From positions 40,176,001 to 40,240,000 of the forward strand of contig CM059445.1 in the NCBI GenBank assembly GCA_030390025.1: 64,000 nucleotides of DNA, in the 5' to 3' direction. The notes under the pieces are model-generated. The model was not told the DNA's origin. It saw only the letters and a program-made list of their open reading frames with translations, and did no database searches. The stretch is from Squalus acanthias (lineage: Eukaryota). Of this stretch, positions 50,040-61,251 are shown piece after piece. Made by a program: the position numbers and the translations under genes. Position 1 is the stretch's first letter. Each line of letters begins with the position of its first letter.

Positions 50040-50357
50040 TTTTCCAACCAGATGTTATGTATATTCCTACAGCAAGTTCTTTCAAGCCATATTTATTTTC
50101 TGCTCTGCAAATATACTCTCCATTGTCTGAATCATCAACACTCCTTTTCGTCAAGCCAGAACTGTTTACTCCAGCTTCCAATTGTATGCTTTGCCCCAAT
50201 AATTTCTTTTGCCAGATAACTATGGGTTCTGGGTTACTGTGCGCTGTACATTTTAGTTCAAGAAATGACTGGGGCGTAACATGGATGCTGTCTTGGAGCA
50301 GTGGTTGAAGCTGATCTGAATCAGAAGTCCTGTAACGTATGATGGGCTGTGGACCAT
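50040..50357 (-). CDS. Gene B exon 4: I-set/C2 Ig domain
   Basis: 318 nt, phase 1/1; YGPQP...LELKCTAHSNPEPIVIW...DDSDNGEYICRAENKYG; canonical splice sites. Confidence 0.92.
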
Positions 50358-51239
50358 CTGAATCAGAACAATGGAAATGAAAAGTAATTAGTCATATAGG
50401 CAGCTTCGATAAAGCCTTGTAGAATTGTGTACATCTTGTCAGAGTACAGACAAAGCTGACTGGAAATTGAAACATCAATTGCAGCTATGTCCTTTCTGTA
50501 TAAATATGTATTGTGTATTACAATATTGATCCAAGGGCACAAAACTGTAAAAGAAAAGGACTGGGGTAACTGTTCTTCTTGATTACACTTATAAAAGGAC
50601 TAATTGTTAAAATGGAATTCTGTTTACATTTATTAGATGTGTATTCCTAACCAAAAGACAGGCAGACAAACCACTCCCAAGTTGACATCACTCGCAAACC
50701 AGTCTCTGTAATGTGCAAGAATAACACAGATTGACTTACCCTCCAATTTCCCCTCCCTTCTTTCTTGTGGTGGTATCTCTCCTGACCATCATGTTGTGAT
50801 CAGGAACATGTGAAGTCATACATGGAGAACTACGTTCTATCACTCTGACACAGCAAATCGGTCTGACAAGAATTTTTATGAATAGGAAAAAGCCCAACTG
50901 ACCAGGCCCATTTTAGTAGATGGACATCACCTTCTCAAGATTTCCCTCAATCTCTGTGTCTTCAGAAATACATCTAATAGGTTCTTGAGATCATTTATAT
51001 TATAATTCAGAAGTCTTTCCTTGTATTTTGTTTCATAAATTTATATCCCTTGTTTGAAAATGTCCCACTGACTTCCCCTTTTATTCCTACCTTTCTCATT
51101 TTTAATCTGGATCCCTTGGTATTTGAACCCTTCACCATAGTGAATAGTTTGCACAGATCAGATTTATCATTTTCATTAACATTATTGAAAATATCATTCA
51201 GGTTGCTTTGTAAACTTAAACATAAATTGCGGAAACCTG

Positions 51240-51457
51240 TTACCAATTAGGACGAAAGGTCATTNNNNNNNNNNNNNNNNNNNNNNNNNNNNNNNNNNNN
51301 NNNNNNNNNNNNNNNNNNNNNNNNNNNNNNNNNNNNNNNNNNNNNNNNNNNNNNNNNNNNNNNNNNNNNNNNNNNNNNNNNNNNNNNNNNNNNNNNNNNN
51401 NNNCTGCCTGACCTGCTGGGTATTTTCAGCATTTTCTGCTTTAATTACCAATTAGGA
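51240..51457 (+). mobile_element. Short Penelope terminal fragment spanning a 139-N assembly gap (51265-51403)
   Basis: gacgaaaggtcatt...ctgcctgacctgctgggtattttcagcatttt; 13-bp direct repeat ttaccaattagga on both flanks. Confidence 0.7.
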
Positions 51458-52189
51458 GTGTCATTTACCAACATGAGATCCATAGACTATAAGCCTACAT
51501 TGAAATCAACAATTTCTACAGGAAAAGCAGACAGCCTCAATGAGCAGTCTATTAGGTTCCAATACATTCATTAAAGAGAAATATATCCTGTTGAAAAGTA
51601 CATCATCTTAAGTGTAAAGTCCATCTTAAATGTTATAAAATGAGATTTCTGCACTTTTTGTTTCTTGCTGTCCCTTGTATTGCGTTTCCCTTTTTTCCCC
51701 AAAAGTGTTTTGGTGAATTTTTCGTGCTCATCAAGGCAAGGAATTTTAGCAAAGAAGAGTGGACCACCTTTTGATTTTAATCAATCACTGTCTGCTTCAA
51801 GTACTCCCAAGTCAAGTACAGCACAGCCAGTTTCAGAGTCAAACTCTTCCTACTCTGCCAAGTGATGTGCCTTTGCCCCAACTACAGAAGACCAACCCCA
51901 TCGGCAGGGCCAGTCGCTCAACTAATGTAAGACTATTACACACAGAAAAGACAGAAGGGCTTCATCCCAACCATCTGAGCTGGATCACAGAGCCAAAAGG
52001 ACAGTGTGCTAACTTGGACACTCCAAGCTCAGTCTGCCCATTCACATGGACACTGCAGCCTGACATTACCAAATTACCTTTTAAAGTTTCAGTGAAGCAG
52101 TTAGCATCTCAGACTTTCATCAGAAGTGTGCTACATAATCGAAAATTTAAAAAAGGCCATCAAAATACATAGTAATTTAACATACTTAC

Positions 52190-52540
52190 AATTCACATTT
52201 AGGGTTATACTTTTTATTATCCACTCTTTACTTGTCGTATGAAGGACCTGACAGGTACAGATTGTCCTATGGTCTTCTTGCAAGATGGGCTTAAAAATCA
52301 TTTGACTGGTAACATTAAATGTGCCATCCGAATTCCTTAAGGTGGGCAGTCTAGTCGTATATCTAATTTTATCATCTGCTTCTGAAGGTTGAGCATTGTG
52401 AGAAATGGTTTGATCTTGGTGTAGCCATTTAATAGAGATATTCTGAGGATAAAATCCACCAGCGAGGCACTTCACAATCGACTCATGCCCGGCTACTAGT
52501 TCTTCCAGAGTAATAGAAATTGCTGGAGGAGATGGTGGGA
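52190..52540 (-). CDS. Gene B exon 3: C1-set Ig domain
   Basis: 351 nt, phase 1/1; CLAGGFYPQNISIKW...NSDGTFNVTS...TCQVLH are C1 hallmarks. Confidence 0.95.
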
Positions 52541-53349
52541 CTGTAACAAACAATGCAAAATAAAGTTATGTTGTATTTAAATACTAAAGCAAACCAATGT
52601 CAAGCAAGCTTTACAAACTCAATGCATGTAGCAATTCCATTTCGATAAGGGAGTTATATTCGGGGTGCGACATGAATATAATTTGTATCTCATGATTGGT
52701 GAAGATCACGTAACCCATTGAGTGGCAGAGTTGCATAAAAGGACTCCCATTGGTGATAAGACTGCTATTTCAGTTATTCGTTTTAATGATTTTGTCTAAT
52801 AGGTCTAATTTTGCATGAGGCCCAATGTTCTTTTCAATGAGAATTGTGCGATTTCACCTCTTTAGGCCCAAACTCAGTAGATGCATATCAATGTGGACAA
52901 CACCTCTTCCTGTGCCATGGGTCACTGCTATTGTGATAGAGGTGCAGTTAGTATCTATATTCTCTTTATATTGTAGTGATGCTTTTGTGATTTATGTTGC
53001 TATTTTAAGATGCCAACAGATAGCCTGAAATTACATAGGATTTGTGGCATAATGCCTCAACATTTTTACTGGATTTTCAAGCAATGAAGGATCTGAAATT
53101 ATATTAGTTTTGTTTGTAAGATCTTAAGTTAAATTGAATTATTATGTATGATCAGGAAAAAAATAAGAATTGGAAAGGAAGAACCTAAATTATATGTATA
53201 TTATATTAACACTAATATTATAAAATGCCTAAATGGAGTTATTGCAGTTAAAGCTGGCATTTTCTAAGAAGCTACATATATATTTCCAGTTGTAAAATGT
53301 GCAGTCTCCCAGTGAGGTGCAAATATCATTAATGTTAAAAAAACATTTT

Positions 53350-53745
53350 AGGAAGTGACCACACATTCAAGGCCTTTGGTGAGGTCAGGGGGGTTGGAGA
53401 TGGGCCTGTGGTTTGCAAGGACAAAAGGGTCAAGGGTGACAAAGGAGTGGACGAGAGTTTCAGTGCTTTTGGGGGTGAGGTAGGAACATAGACATGTTAT
53501 GGAGGCGGAAGTAGCTAACCTTGTCAGTGGACTCCATGTGGAGTTTGAATCTTGGCTCTGGGTCAAACAAGACACTGAGGCGGCACTCAATTGGGTACAG
53601 CCTAAGCGAGCATTTGGGAAGCGGATTGGAATCACTGGTGGAGGCACAAAGACTGGTGGGAGCCAAAAAGAATGGCTTCAGTCTTGTTGATGCTGGGCTG
53701 GAGAAAGTGCTAACCTATCCACAACTTGATGTCAGACAGGCAGTT
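53350..53745 (-). mobile_element. L2 LINE remnant
   Basis: LSVLFDPEPRFKLHM...SYFRLHNM; TETLVHSFVTLD. Confidence 0.7.
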
Positions 53746-54467
53746 AATTATCAATTATTATTTTGCTTTCAGTCCCATTTGTTGGGGAGGAGAGTCAAAT
53801 GATTAGTTCAGTTAACCTGTCTTTTTGGGCCTTTATGGATTCCAAGAATAAAAAGTAATTGGACAGTACAGATGAGGAAGGGCCTAGGCCCAATCCCTGT
53901 GCTGAATTAGCCAATATCAGTTGAGGCTGATATACTGCAGTTGGCTTCAGCATTCCTGGACTATGGAGAAGAAATATGCCTCAGGGTTGGCACTGTGGAT
54001 TACCAATGTTGAATCCCTTCTGCTGAAGCTGTATCTGCAGGCCTGGGTTTAATTGTAATGGAGTAGGTCCACATTTTATTATACCCATAATTGGCTGAGG
54101 CACTGATCAGAATACCTACTGTAGAAAAGTGAATAAGAAAGAATAGAATGAGAAAAGGCCTGTGGCCCACCAAGTTCTTTCCAAATACCAAGTGCCATTT
54201 GCCCCATCATGAATTCACTGAATCCTCTAATAAAGCCCCAAAAGGTAAATCACACAGAACTCTAGACTACATATCCAACCTTACATCCAACATGAATTAT
54301 TTTTGACTAATTGCGCTTTCATGGTCCCAGCAGTTCAGAAATGATCACATTGGACACTGTGTTCCATTATCTTTACCTGTACTTATTATATTAAATTATT
54401 TACATGTAACAGTAGCTATACATATAAAACTATTGTCTATTTATGATAATATATACACCCAATTTAC

Positions 54468-54815
54468 CATCGACATGCAATCGTGTTCCTGGTCCTCTTC
54501 TCTCTAATGGCGGGTAGACAGTTGGTATCTTCACCACACAGGTATAATTATAATCAGAGAACTTGAAAGGAACATTTTCAATCTTCAATGATGCAACACA
54601 GTGCTTAAAACCACCCAGAGCAATGTCAAAAGTGCAGTTATGCTCATGACTTTCATTGGGAGTATCAGCGATTCCTGGAGGGCTTCTGTCCCAGTTTGTA
54701 TGGATCCAATCAGTCTCATTTGCAGTGTAATTAAAGATACAGTTTAACGTGACTGATTTTCCTCGCAGGACGCTGACCAGATGTGGCTGAGTCACCTCCC
54801 CAATCACCGGATGAC
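54468..54815 (-). CDS. Gene B exon 2: germline-joined VJ-type Ig domain
   Basis: 348 nt, phase 1/1; EVTQP...GKSVTLNC...W...SLKIENV...YTC...RGPGTRLHV (GxGT J motif in the same exon). Confidence 0.94.
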
Positions 54816-55928
54816 CTATGGAACAAAATGTATCAATTGCTGAATGTAATCTTAGACCCAGTCAGGCTCATCTAAAAATAACGGGGAAGATTTATTACTT
54901 ATTGTGAAATTGTAAATGTGTATAATTCACATGTTCACAATATTGCTACGAGAGAGGAAGTTATCCCATAATGAAGAAAATTACAGCAAAAAATCGTCAA
55001 ACGCATTTGGTGAATTTAAAAGTGTTTAAATTACAGAGTTAATCCCCTGCTTTATTAATGTGCATTTAGCTTATATAAGAATAATATGTGATTAGAATAG
55101 TCTTGTTTATAGTCCAGCAGTATATTGTATTCCTGATGTGTTGGGTTGCTTTGAAATAGTGTTGTATGTTGTGCAGAGGAAGAGAGGTACTGCCAGTAAA
55201 CGTGTTCCAGACGCAGCCAGCTCCAGGGTTCAGGGCAAGAGCTGTTCCACTAGCTTGGGCAGAATGGGGGGGGGTTAAGCTGAACCATCTCTTGTAATTG
55301 GAGAATCCTTGTAGGGCTGTAGCAATAGATACAAAAACTCCCACCGTAAGTTTGTAGGCAGGAGAACTTGTCTACTGTGCTCGTCCTACACACACAAGTT
55401 TGTGAGGGCCCGATGACTCAGTCTGATGACAGAGAAACGTTTTCACCATTTCCCTCAGTTATGTGGGTGAGTTGTATTCCCATCTATAGCCGGACAGAAC
55501 CTTGTCTGGGATGAAAATACTTGTTTGGTTGTTTGTTTGGTTGTTTCAAGAAAATATAACATCGACTAATATTGTTCTCTTTGCACCATCTTAAATTCTG
55601 AACCTGGTGACGCTAATCCTAAGTGTATCTTAATAAATAGACATCCTCTCATTAAAAATTTCCTTCCCTCACACTCATAAGGCATCTATTTGTTTCTTGG
55701 TTGGTTCCAGGGTTATTGTCTCCGCTACACTGCCTTGAAATCCATTCCATGTGTTGGTCACTCTTTGTGTGAAGAAACTGTAGCTTATACATGGAGGACA
55801 TCTCTAGGGTTTGAAATAGTAGCCTACAACATTTTTTATTAAATACTTGTAGCTGGAAATCACTACAGCTGTTAACTCGTAAACTTTAAGAGTTATGTAG
55901 CAACTTTAAGAATTGTGCATCAATCTAT

Positions 55929-56692
55929 GGGGGCAAAATTGGGTGCTTTGCACCTCCCATTAGCGCCCTCGGGGGGCGCTAACGGGACACAAATGGCTTT
56001 GCAACCGGACGCGGCGCTGACATCGACTCCCGCCATACTCGGTGGGAGTTTTGCGGCGGCACTATGGCGTTGCGCCCCGATCTCTTTCACCCGGAGATTG
56101 TGACGTCATCGCCATGCACATCGCCCCGGTAGCGCCCCAGACCCGAAATTGACTTCCGCCCCCTGCAGCAGCGCCGGGCGAAAAACACTGACAGCTGCAG
56201 GAGGCGCGCATCAGTCGGCCGGCCGCTTCGGGGGCGATGATTAAAGGCGAGGTGGCTGAGGTAAGTAAAAAAAACTTACCTTTCTTGTTCCAGTTTTTTT
56301 TGTGGGTTCCTGCCCGCGATCGATCAGCCCGGCTCTCTGCTTGAGTGCCGGGCTGATCGCGCGGGATCGCGGCTGCCTTGGTGGTCCAGGTGGGTAATTT
56401 TTCTATTGCAGAGCCTGCAGCGATGGCCCTTCCCTTTAAGGGAGGGAAGGAGCCTTTGAATGCGGCGGCGCTGCACGGCCCAGTGTGCAGCGCTGCTGAA
56501 ATCTCCGCTACGCCTTGCTGCTGACTGCGCTCCAAGAAGGAAGTGGAGCGGTTTAGCGGTTTAGCGCTCCACTTCCTTCTTGGAGCGCAAAACCGAATTT
56601 TTTAAAAGTTTGGAAACATTAGCGCCTGGCACTAATTTTCCAAACTTTTAAAATTTAGCACCCCAAACGGGGATATAATGAATTTCTCCCCC
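55929..56692. mobile_element. GC-rich MITE (Harbinger-like) with a perfect 25-bp hairpin
   Basis: Ends gggggcaaaatt ... aatttctccccc; related to 44936-45686. Confidence 0.75.
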
Positions 56693-57413
56693 ATATGTTT
56701 AATTTAAATTGTAGCACTAATGATGGATTAAGGCACTGATCAGTACATGTCGATAGATTTTTGTTTGGTAAGGGTATAAAGAGATATGGAGCAAAGGCAA
56801 GTAAATGGAGTAGAGTTGCAGATCAGTTATGACCTAATAGAATGACTGTATAGGCTCGAGGGGTTGAATGGCCTACTCCTGTTCCTAAGTATAATTATAC
56901 TGCCACTTTCACATCAAAGGGGAAATGGTTTCAGGGCGTAACAACACAAAAGTGGACGTATAACCTGGTTTGGATCAGCATCCGTCTCCCCAACACACTA
57001 AAGTAAGAATTGGAACACTGTGCAGTTATACTGTGACTACAGTCTGTTTGGCGCTTACATGAGTTGCAGTATAACTCCAGCCCAGTGCAAAGTCAGTTTT
57101 TGAAAGTACCCAGGCCTTTCATTGAATCCCCTGGGAACTTCAGAAACATCTTTTAAAAATCTTTTTAATGGCTTGAGAAAGTCCGCCACCCTGACCGTGC
57201 TCTCATAATGTTAAAAATGAATCGTCCGTGAACAGAGCTCTGTGCAAGCATACACGCACACAGTTCGGCTGTAGTTAATTTACAGTGTGAGGTGCAGTCA
57301 GCAGTGTATCGCAGATCTGCTGGCGGACCATCACACTCTATAGATACCGGTCTGAGTGCTACCTGTGGTATTCCAGCACCCTTTGATATTAATGATCAAA
57401 ATAATTGTATAAT

Positions 57414-57740
57414 TATAAATCTCTAAGCATGTCCTCTTCTGTCTACAACCAGAAAGGGCATTGATTATCATCACCACACATTGTATGTATAATGAGAGTC
57501 TTGGAAATAAACTGTCAATCTTCAGCAATCCAACAATTGCTGCTCAGACCACCTGATTCAAGGTCAGAAATGCAGGTCACGCTATTCCCCTTTAAAATAT
57601 CCGATTGTCAAAGTAAAGCCCCTGTACCAGGCTGTGTGGATCCAGTCAGCATAATTAAATATACAGTTCAATATGACAAACTGAACTCTCAAGGGCACTG
57701 ACTAGATGCTGCAGAGTCACCTCCTCAACAACCAGGACAC
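57414..57740 (-). pseudogene. Frameshifted duplicate V exon in gene B intron 1
   Basis: Successive frames give EEVTLQHLVSAL / VILNCIFNYADWIHTAW / TCISDLESGG / LKIDS / CVVMI, collinear with exon 2; upstream intron sequence is also homologous; the donor is lost. Confidence 0.88.
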
Positions 57741-57870
57741 CTGATGGGATCAAATGTCTCATCTGCTGAACATAATCTGAGACCTGATCGCACACTTTTA
57801 CCTGTAATATTATAAAGAAAATCACAATGACAAAATTTTTAAAAAAAACAAGGAACACCATGAACACAGA

Positions 57871-60510
57871 GCGGGGAAATTTTAACCTGGAGGAGCGCGT
57901 GGATTTGGATGCAGGTGGGGGGTTAAAACCGGCAGAAATGCGAGCATGTCGGGAAGCCGGCTCCAACCCGCCAACTTCTGCATTTCACTCGAGCGTGTTA
58001 GGCTGCTTGCGCGCAAGCCCCTCGGGAGAGGAGGGTTGCCTATTAACATGAAATTGAAGTGTCGTAAACTACAAGGCTACGGACCAAGAGCTGGAAAGTG
58101 GGATTAGGCTGGATAGCCCTTTTTCGGCTGGTGTGGACACGATGGGCTGAATGGTCTCCTTCTGTGCCGTAAATTTCTATGATTTCTATGATATGGTAGT
58201 CGCTCAATTGGAGCAATATTTCAACAGTTTTAAATTTAGCACTGCATCCATGGGTTTCCCGGGCTTCCTGAAACTCAGCATTGAAAGCAAGGCGAGAACA
58301 CAATAGCAATTGAGGGGGCTGATTAAAACTCATGGAAATACTGCAAAAATACTCAGTACTCACAGCTGCTTTCTTACCTACTACTGGGAAAGGGTTTGTT
58401 CATAGTACTTTTGTTGAGAGTGTACTTTCTACACTTTGGAGGTTTTCTGAATCACAGCAGGATGGCGCCTTGGCTGCCTTAGATTGGACCTCGGACAAGG
58501 AGCAATATGACCAGCACCAGCAGCAGCCTGCTGTTGAGAGACCTGCAGCTGGACAGCAGAGAGGGGAGCAGCAAAGAGGGGAGCATTAGAGAGGGGAGCA
58601 GAGAGGGGAACAGCAGAGAGAGGAGCAGCAGAGAGAGGAGCAGCAGAGAGAGGAGTAGCACAGAGGAGAGCAGCAGAGAGAGGAGCAGCAGAGAGAGGAG
58701 TAGCAAAGAGGGGTGCAGCAGAAAGAGGAGTAGCAGAGAGAGGAGTAGCACAGAGGAGAGCAGCAGAGAGGGGAGCAGCAGAGAGAGGAGCAGCAGAGAG
58801 GGGAGCAGCAGAGAGAGGAGCATTAGAGAGGGGAGCAGAGAGGGGAACAGCAAAGAGGGAAGCAGCAGAGAGAGGAGTAGCAGAGAGAGGAGTAGCAAAG
58901 AGGGGTGCAGCAGAAAGAGGAGTAGCACAGAGGGGAGCAGCTGAGAGGGCAGCAGAGAGGGGAGCAGCAGAGAGAGGAGTAGCAGAGAGGGGGGCAACAG
59001 AGAGAGGAGCAGAGAGAGAGGAGTAGCAGAGAGAGGAGCAGAGAGAGGAGTAGCAGAGAGGGGAGCAGAGAGGGGAGCAGCAGAGAGGGGAGCAGCAGAG
59101 AGGGGAGTAGCAGAGGGATGCAGCTCGCAGGAGGCACTACCCGTGATGCAGGGTTCACAGGCAGAGGTTGAGTTTCCTTGACATGTCGGGACAGCAGTGC
59201 TTCAGGAGGCTCAGGTTGTCGTGTCAGGTGGTGGCAGATGTCTGCAACCTCCTAGAAGAAGACCTGCTCCCTGCTGGAGCTGGAGGCCAGACATTACCAG
59301 TAGCTGTGAAAGTGACCACCGCCCTCAAAGTGTTTGTCTCCAGTCTCCAGATCCTTAAGTGTGAGTCCTATGATTGTCTTATAAAGAAAGGTTGAGCAGG
59401 TTGGGCCTATACTCATTGGAGTTTAGAAGAATGAGAGGGGATCTTATTGAAACATATAAAATTCTTAAGGGGCTTGACAGGGCAGATGCAGAGAGGATGT
59501 TTCCCCTCGTGGGGGAATCTAGAACTGGGGTGCATAATTTCAGAATAAGGGGGCACTCATTTAAAATGGAAATGGAGGAGGAATTTCTTCTCTCAGAGGG
59601 TCGTGAATCTTTGGAATTCTCTTCCCCAGAGAGCTGTGGAGGCTGGGTCATTGAATATATTTAAGGTGGAGATAGACAGATTTTTGAATGATAAGTGAGT
59701 CAAGGTTTATGGGGAACGGGCAGGGAAGTGGAGTTGAGGCCAAGATCAGATCAGCCATGATCTTATTGAATGGCGGAGCAGGCTCGAGGGGCCGAATGAC
59801 CTGCTCCTGCTCCTACGTCTTATGTTCTTATGGTGGATGGATAGATGGGGATTTGAGGAAGTGCATAGAAAGAGAAAGATGGGTGTGCATGCAAGGTAAG
59901 TGGGTGTGAGGAGTGATGTGATGGAGTAGGCTTGACAAGGCAGCGTGAGGGGGTGGGTGGCTCACAGCAGGATGTCGGTGAATGTGCACCTGTACTCACC
60001 CTTTCTGACCTGGTTCGGTCATTAAAGCACTTCCTGCACTGAATCCAGGAGCGTGGCACTATGCTCCTGCTGCTGACCGCCTTGGCCACCTCCAGCCACA
60101 CCTTCTTTGTGGCAGCAGCAGGTTTCTTTCTCCCATTGCTGGGGAAGAGCATCTCTCTCCGGCTCCCCACAGCCCCCACCGTACATCATGGGAGGCGTCA
60201 TTGAAGCGGGCGCAGCCTTGGAGCGTCCGGAATCCATTGTCACACCTTGTCTTTTCTTGTTTCCAACTTCAACGCCTCCAAATTCCATCTTTGGATTGGC
60301 CCTTTAAATACTGGAGTCGAGCTTTTGTCATTCGGCTCCTCAGCACGCCCGCTGCCGCGCAATCGACGCCAAACCCGGAAGTAAAATGATAATGAGTTGG
60401 CTGCGTTAAAGTGCCACTGGCAGACCTGCCCAACTTAATTCCAGGTTTCTCACGTGATATCGGACCCCCCCTCCCCCCCAAGCTCCCAATGCGCCCGAAT
60501 GTTTGTGTAA
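57871..60510. mobile_element. Decayed two-gene PIF/Harbinger transposon (transposase +, Myb/SANT -) with nested CR1 pieces (~58060-58192, ~59375-59832)
   Basis: + strand RQRLSFLDMSGQQCFRRLRLS...LPVAVKVTTAL (HARBI1-like N-terminus); - strand RREMLFPSNGRKKP...VWLEVA...RSWIQCRKCFND (NAIF1-like). Confidence 0.82.
58553..59118. repeat. Purine-rich 12/15-bp tandem repeat (gagcagcagagagag / gagcagagaggg)
   Basis: Seen directly; it explains the low-complexity ORFs 58479-58997 and 58507-58944. Confidence 0.95.
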
Positions 60511-60571
60511 ATTTTACAGTATATAATCTCAGTTCACAAACTAAATCATTGTTAAAGCACAATATGTTACA

Positions 60572-60995
60572 AAAGAAAAGTAAGACTTGCATTTATATAG
60601 CGCCTTTCACAACCACCGGACCTCTCAAAGCGCTTTACAGTCAATAAAGTACTATTTGAAGTGGGAAACGCAGCAGCCAATTTGCGCACAGCAAGGTCCC
60701 ACAAACAGCAATGTGATAATGACCTATAATCTGTTTGTGTTATGTTGCTTGATAACTCCCCTGCTCTTCTTCGAAATAGTGCCATGGGATCTTTTACATC
60801 CACCTGAGAGAGCAAACGGGGCTTCGGTTTAATGTCTCATCCGAAAGATGGCACCTCCCGACAGTGAAGCACTCCCTCAGTACTGCACTGGAATGTCAGC
60901 CTAGATTAAGTGTGCTCAAGTGTCTAGAGTGGGACTATGAACCCACAACCTTCTGACTCAGAGGCGAGTGCGCTACCAACTGAGCCACAGCTGAC
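60572..60995 (-). mobile_element. tRNA-derived Deu-domain SINE, full length
   Basis: Reverse complement of the 6628-7062 family (actccctcagtactgcactg; ctaccaactgagccacagctgac). Confidence 0.88.
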
Positions 60996-61251
60996 AGAAG
61001 TTAAGTAATAACCTCTAAATTCACTCTAAAGATTCTGTACAGCTACAAAACATGTTACACTGTGAACATTCTGGGTTTTAGTGCCCGACCCTCCCTCTGA
61101 ACTTCAATCTACAACAAGATTCCAGCAAAATCCGCACTCTGGAAATGTTGACCAAATCTGTACTTTATCAGTAAGGAATTTTCCATCACTTTATTCTATT
61201 AAAACATGAGCTACTAAGTGGAAACTTTGTATCAAATTAATATATTTAAGT

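Noticed and set aside
54355-54361. CACAGTG heptamer on the minus strand downstream of the V exon (another at ~57016) as a recombination signal sequence
   Set aside because: No ACAAAAACC-like nonamer at 12 or 23 bp; it is ~105 nt into the intron; the V already contains its J motif. No evidence for V(D)J rearrangement.
57802-57861. Hydrophobic MVFLVFFKNFVIVIFFIILQ as the gene B leader
   Set aside because: Its donor would be phase 0, but the V exon needs phase 1. It is T-rich sequence partly homologous to the intron upstream of the live V, and a better phase-1 leader exists at 63587-63644.
58479-59158. Leu-rich and Ser/Arg/Glu-rich ORFs
   Set aside because: Translation artefacts of the purine-rich tandem repeat.
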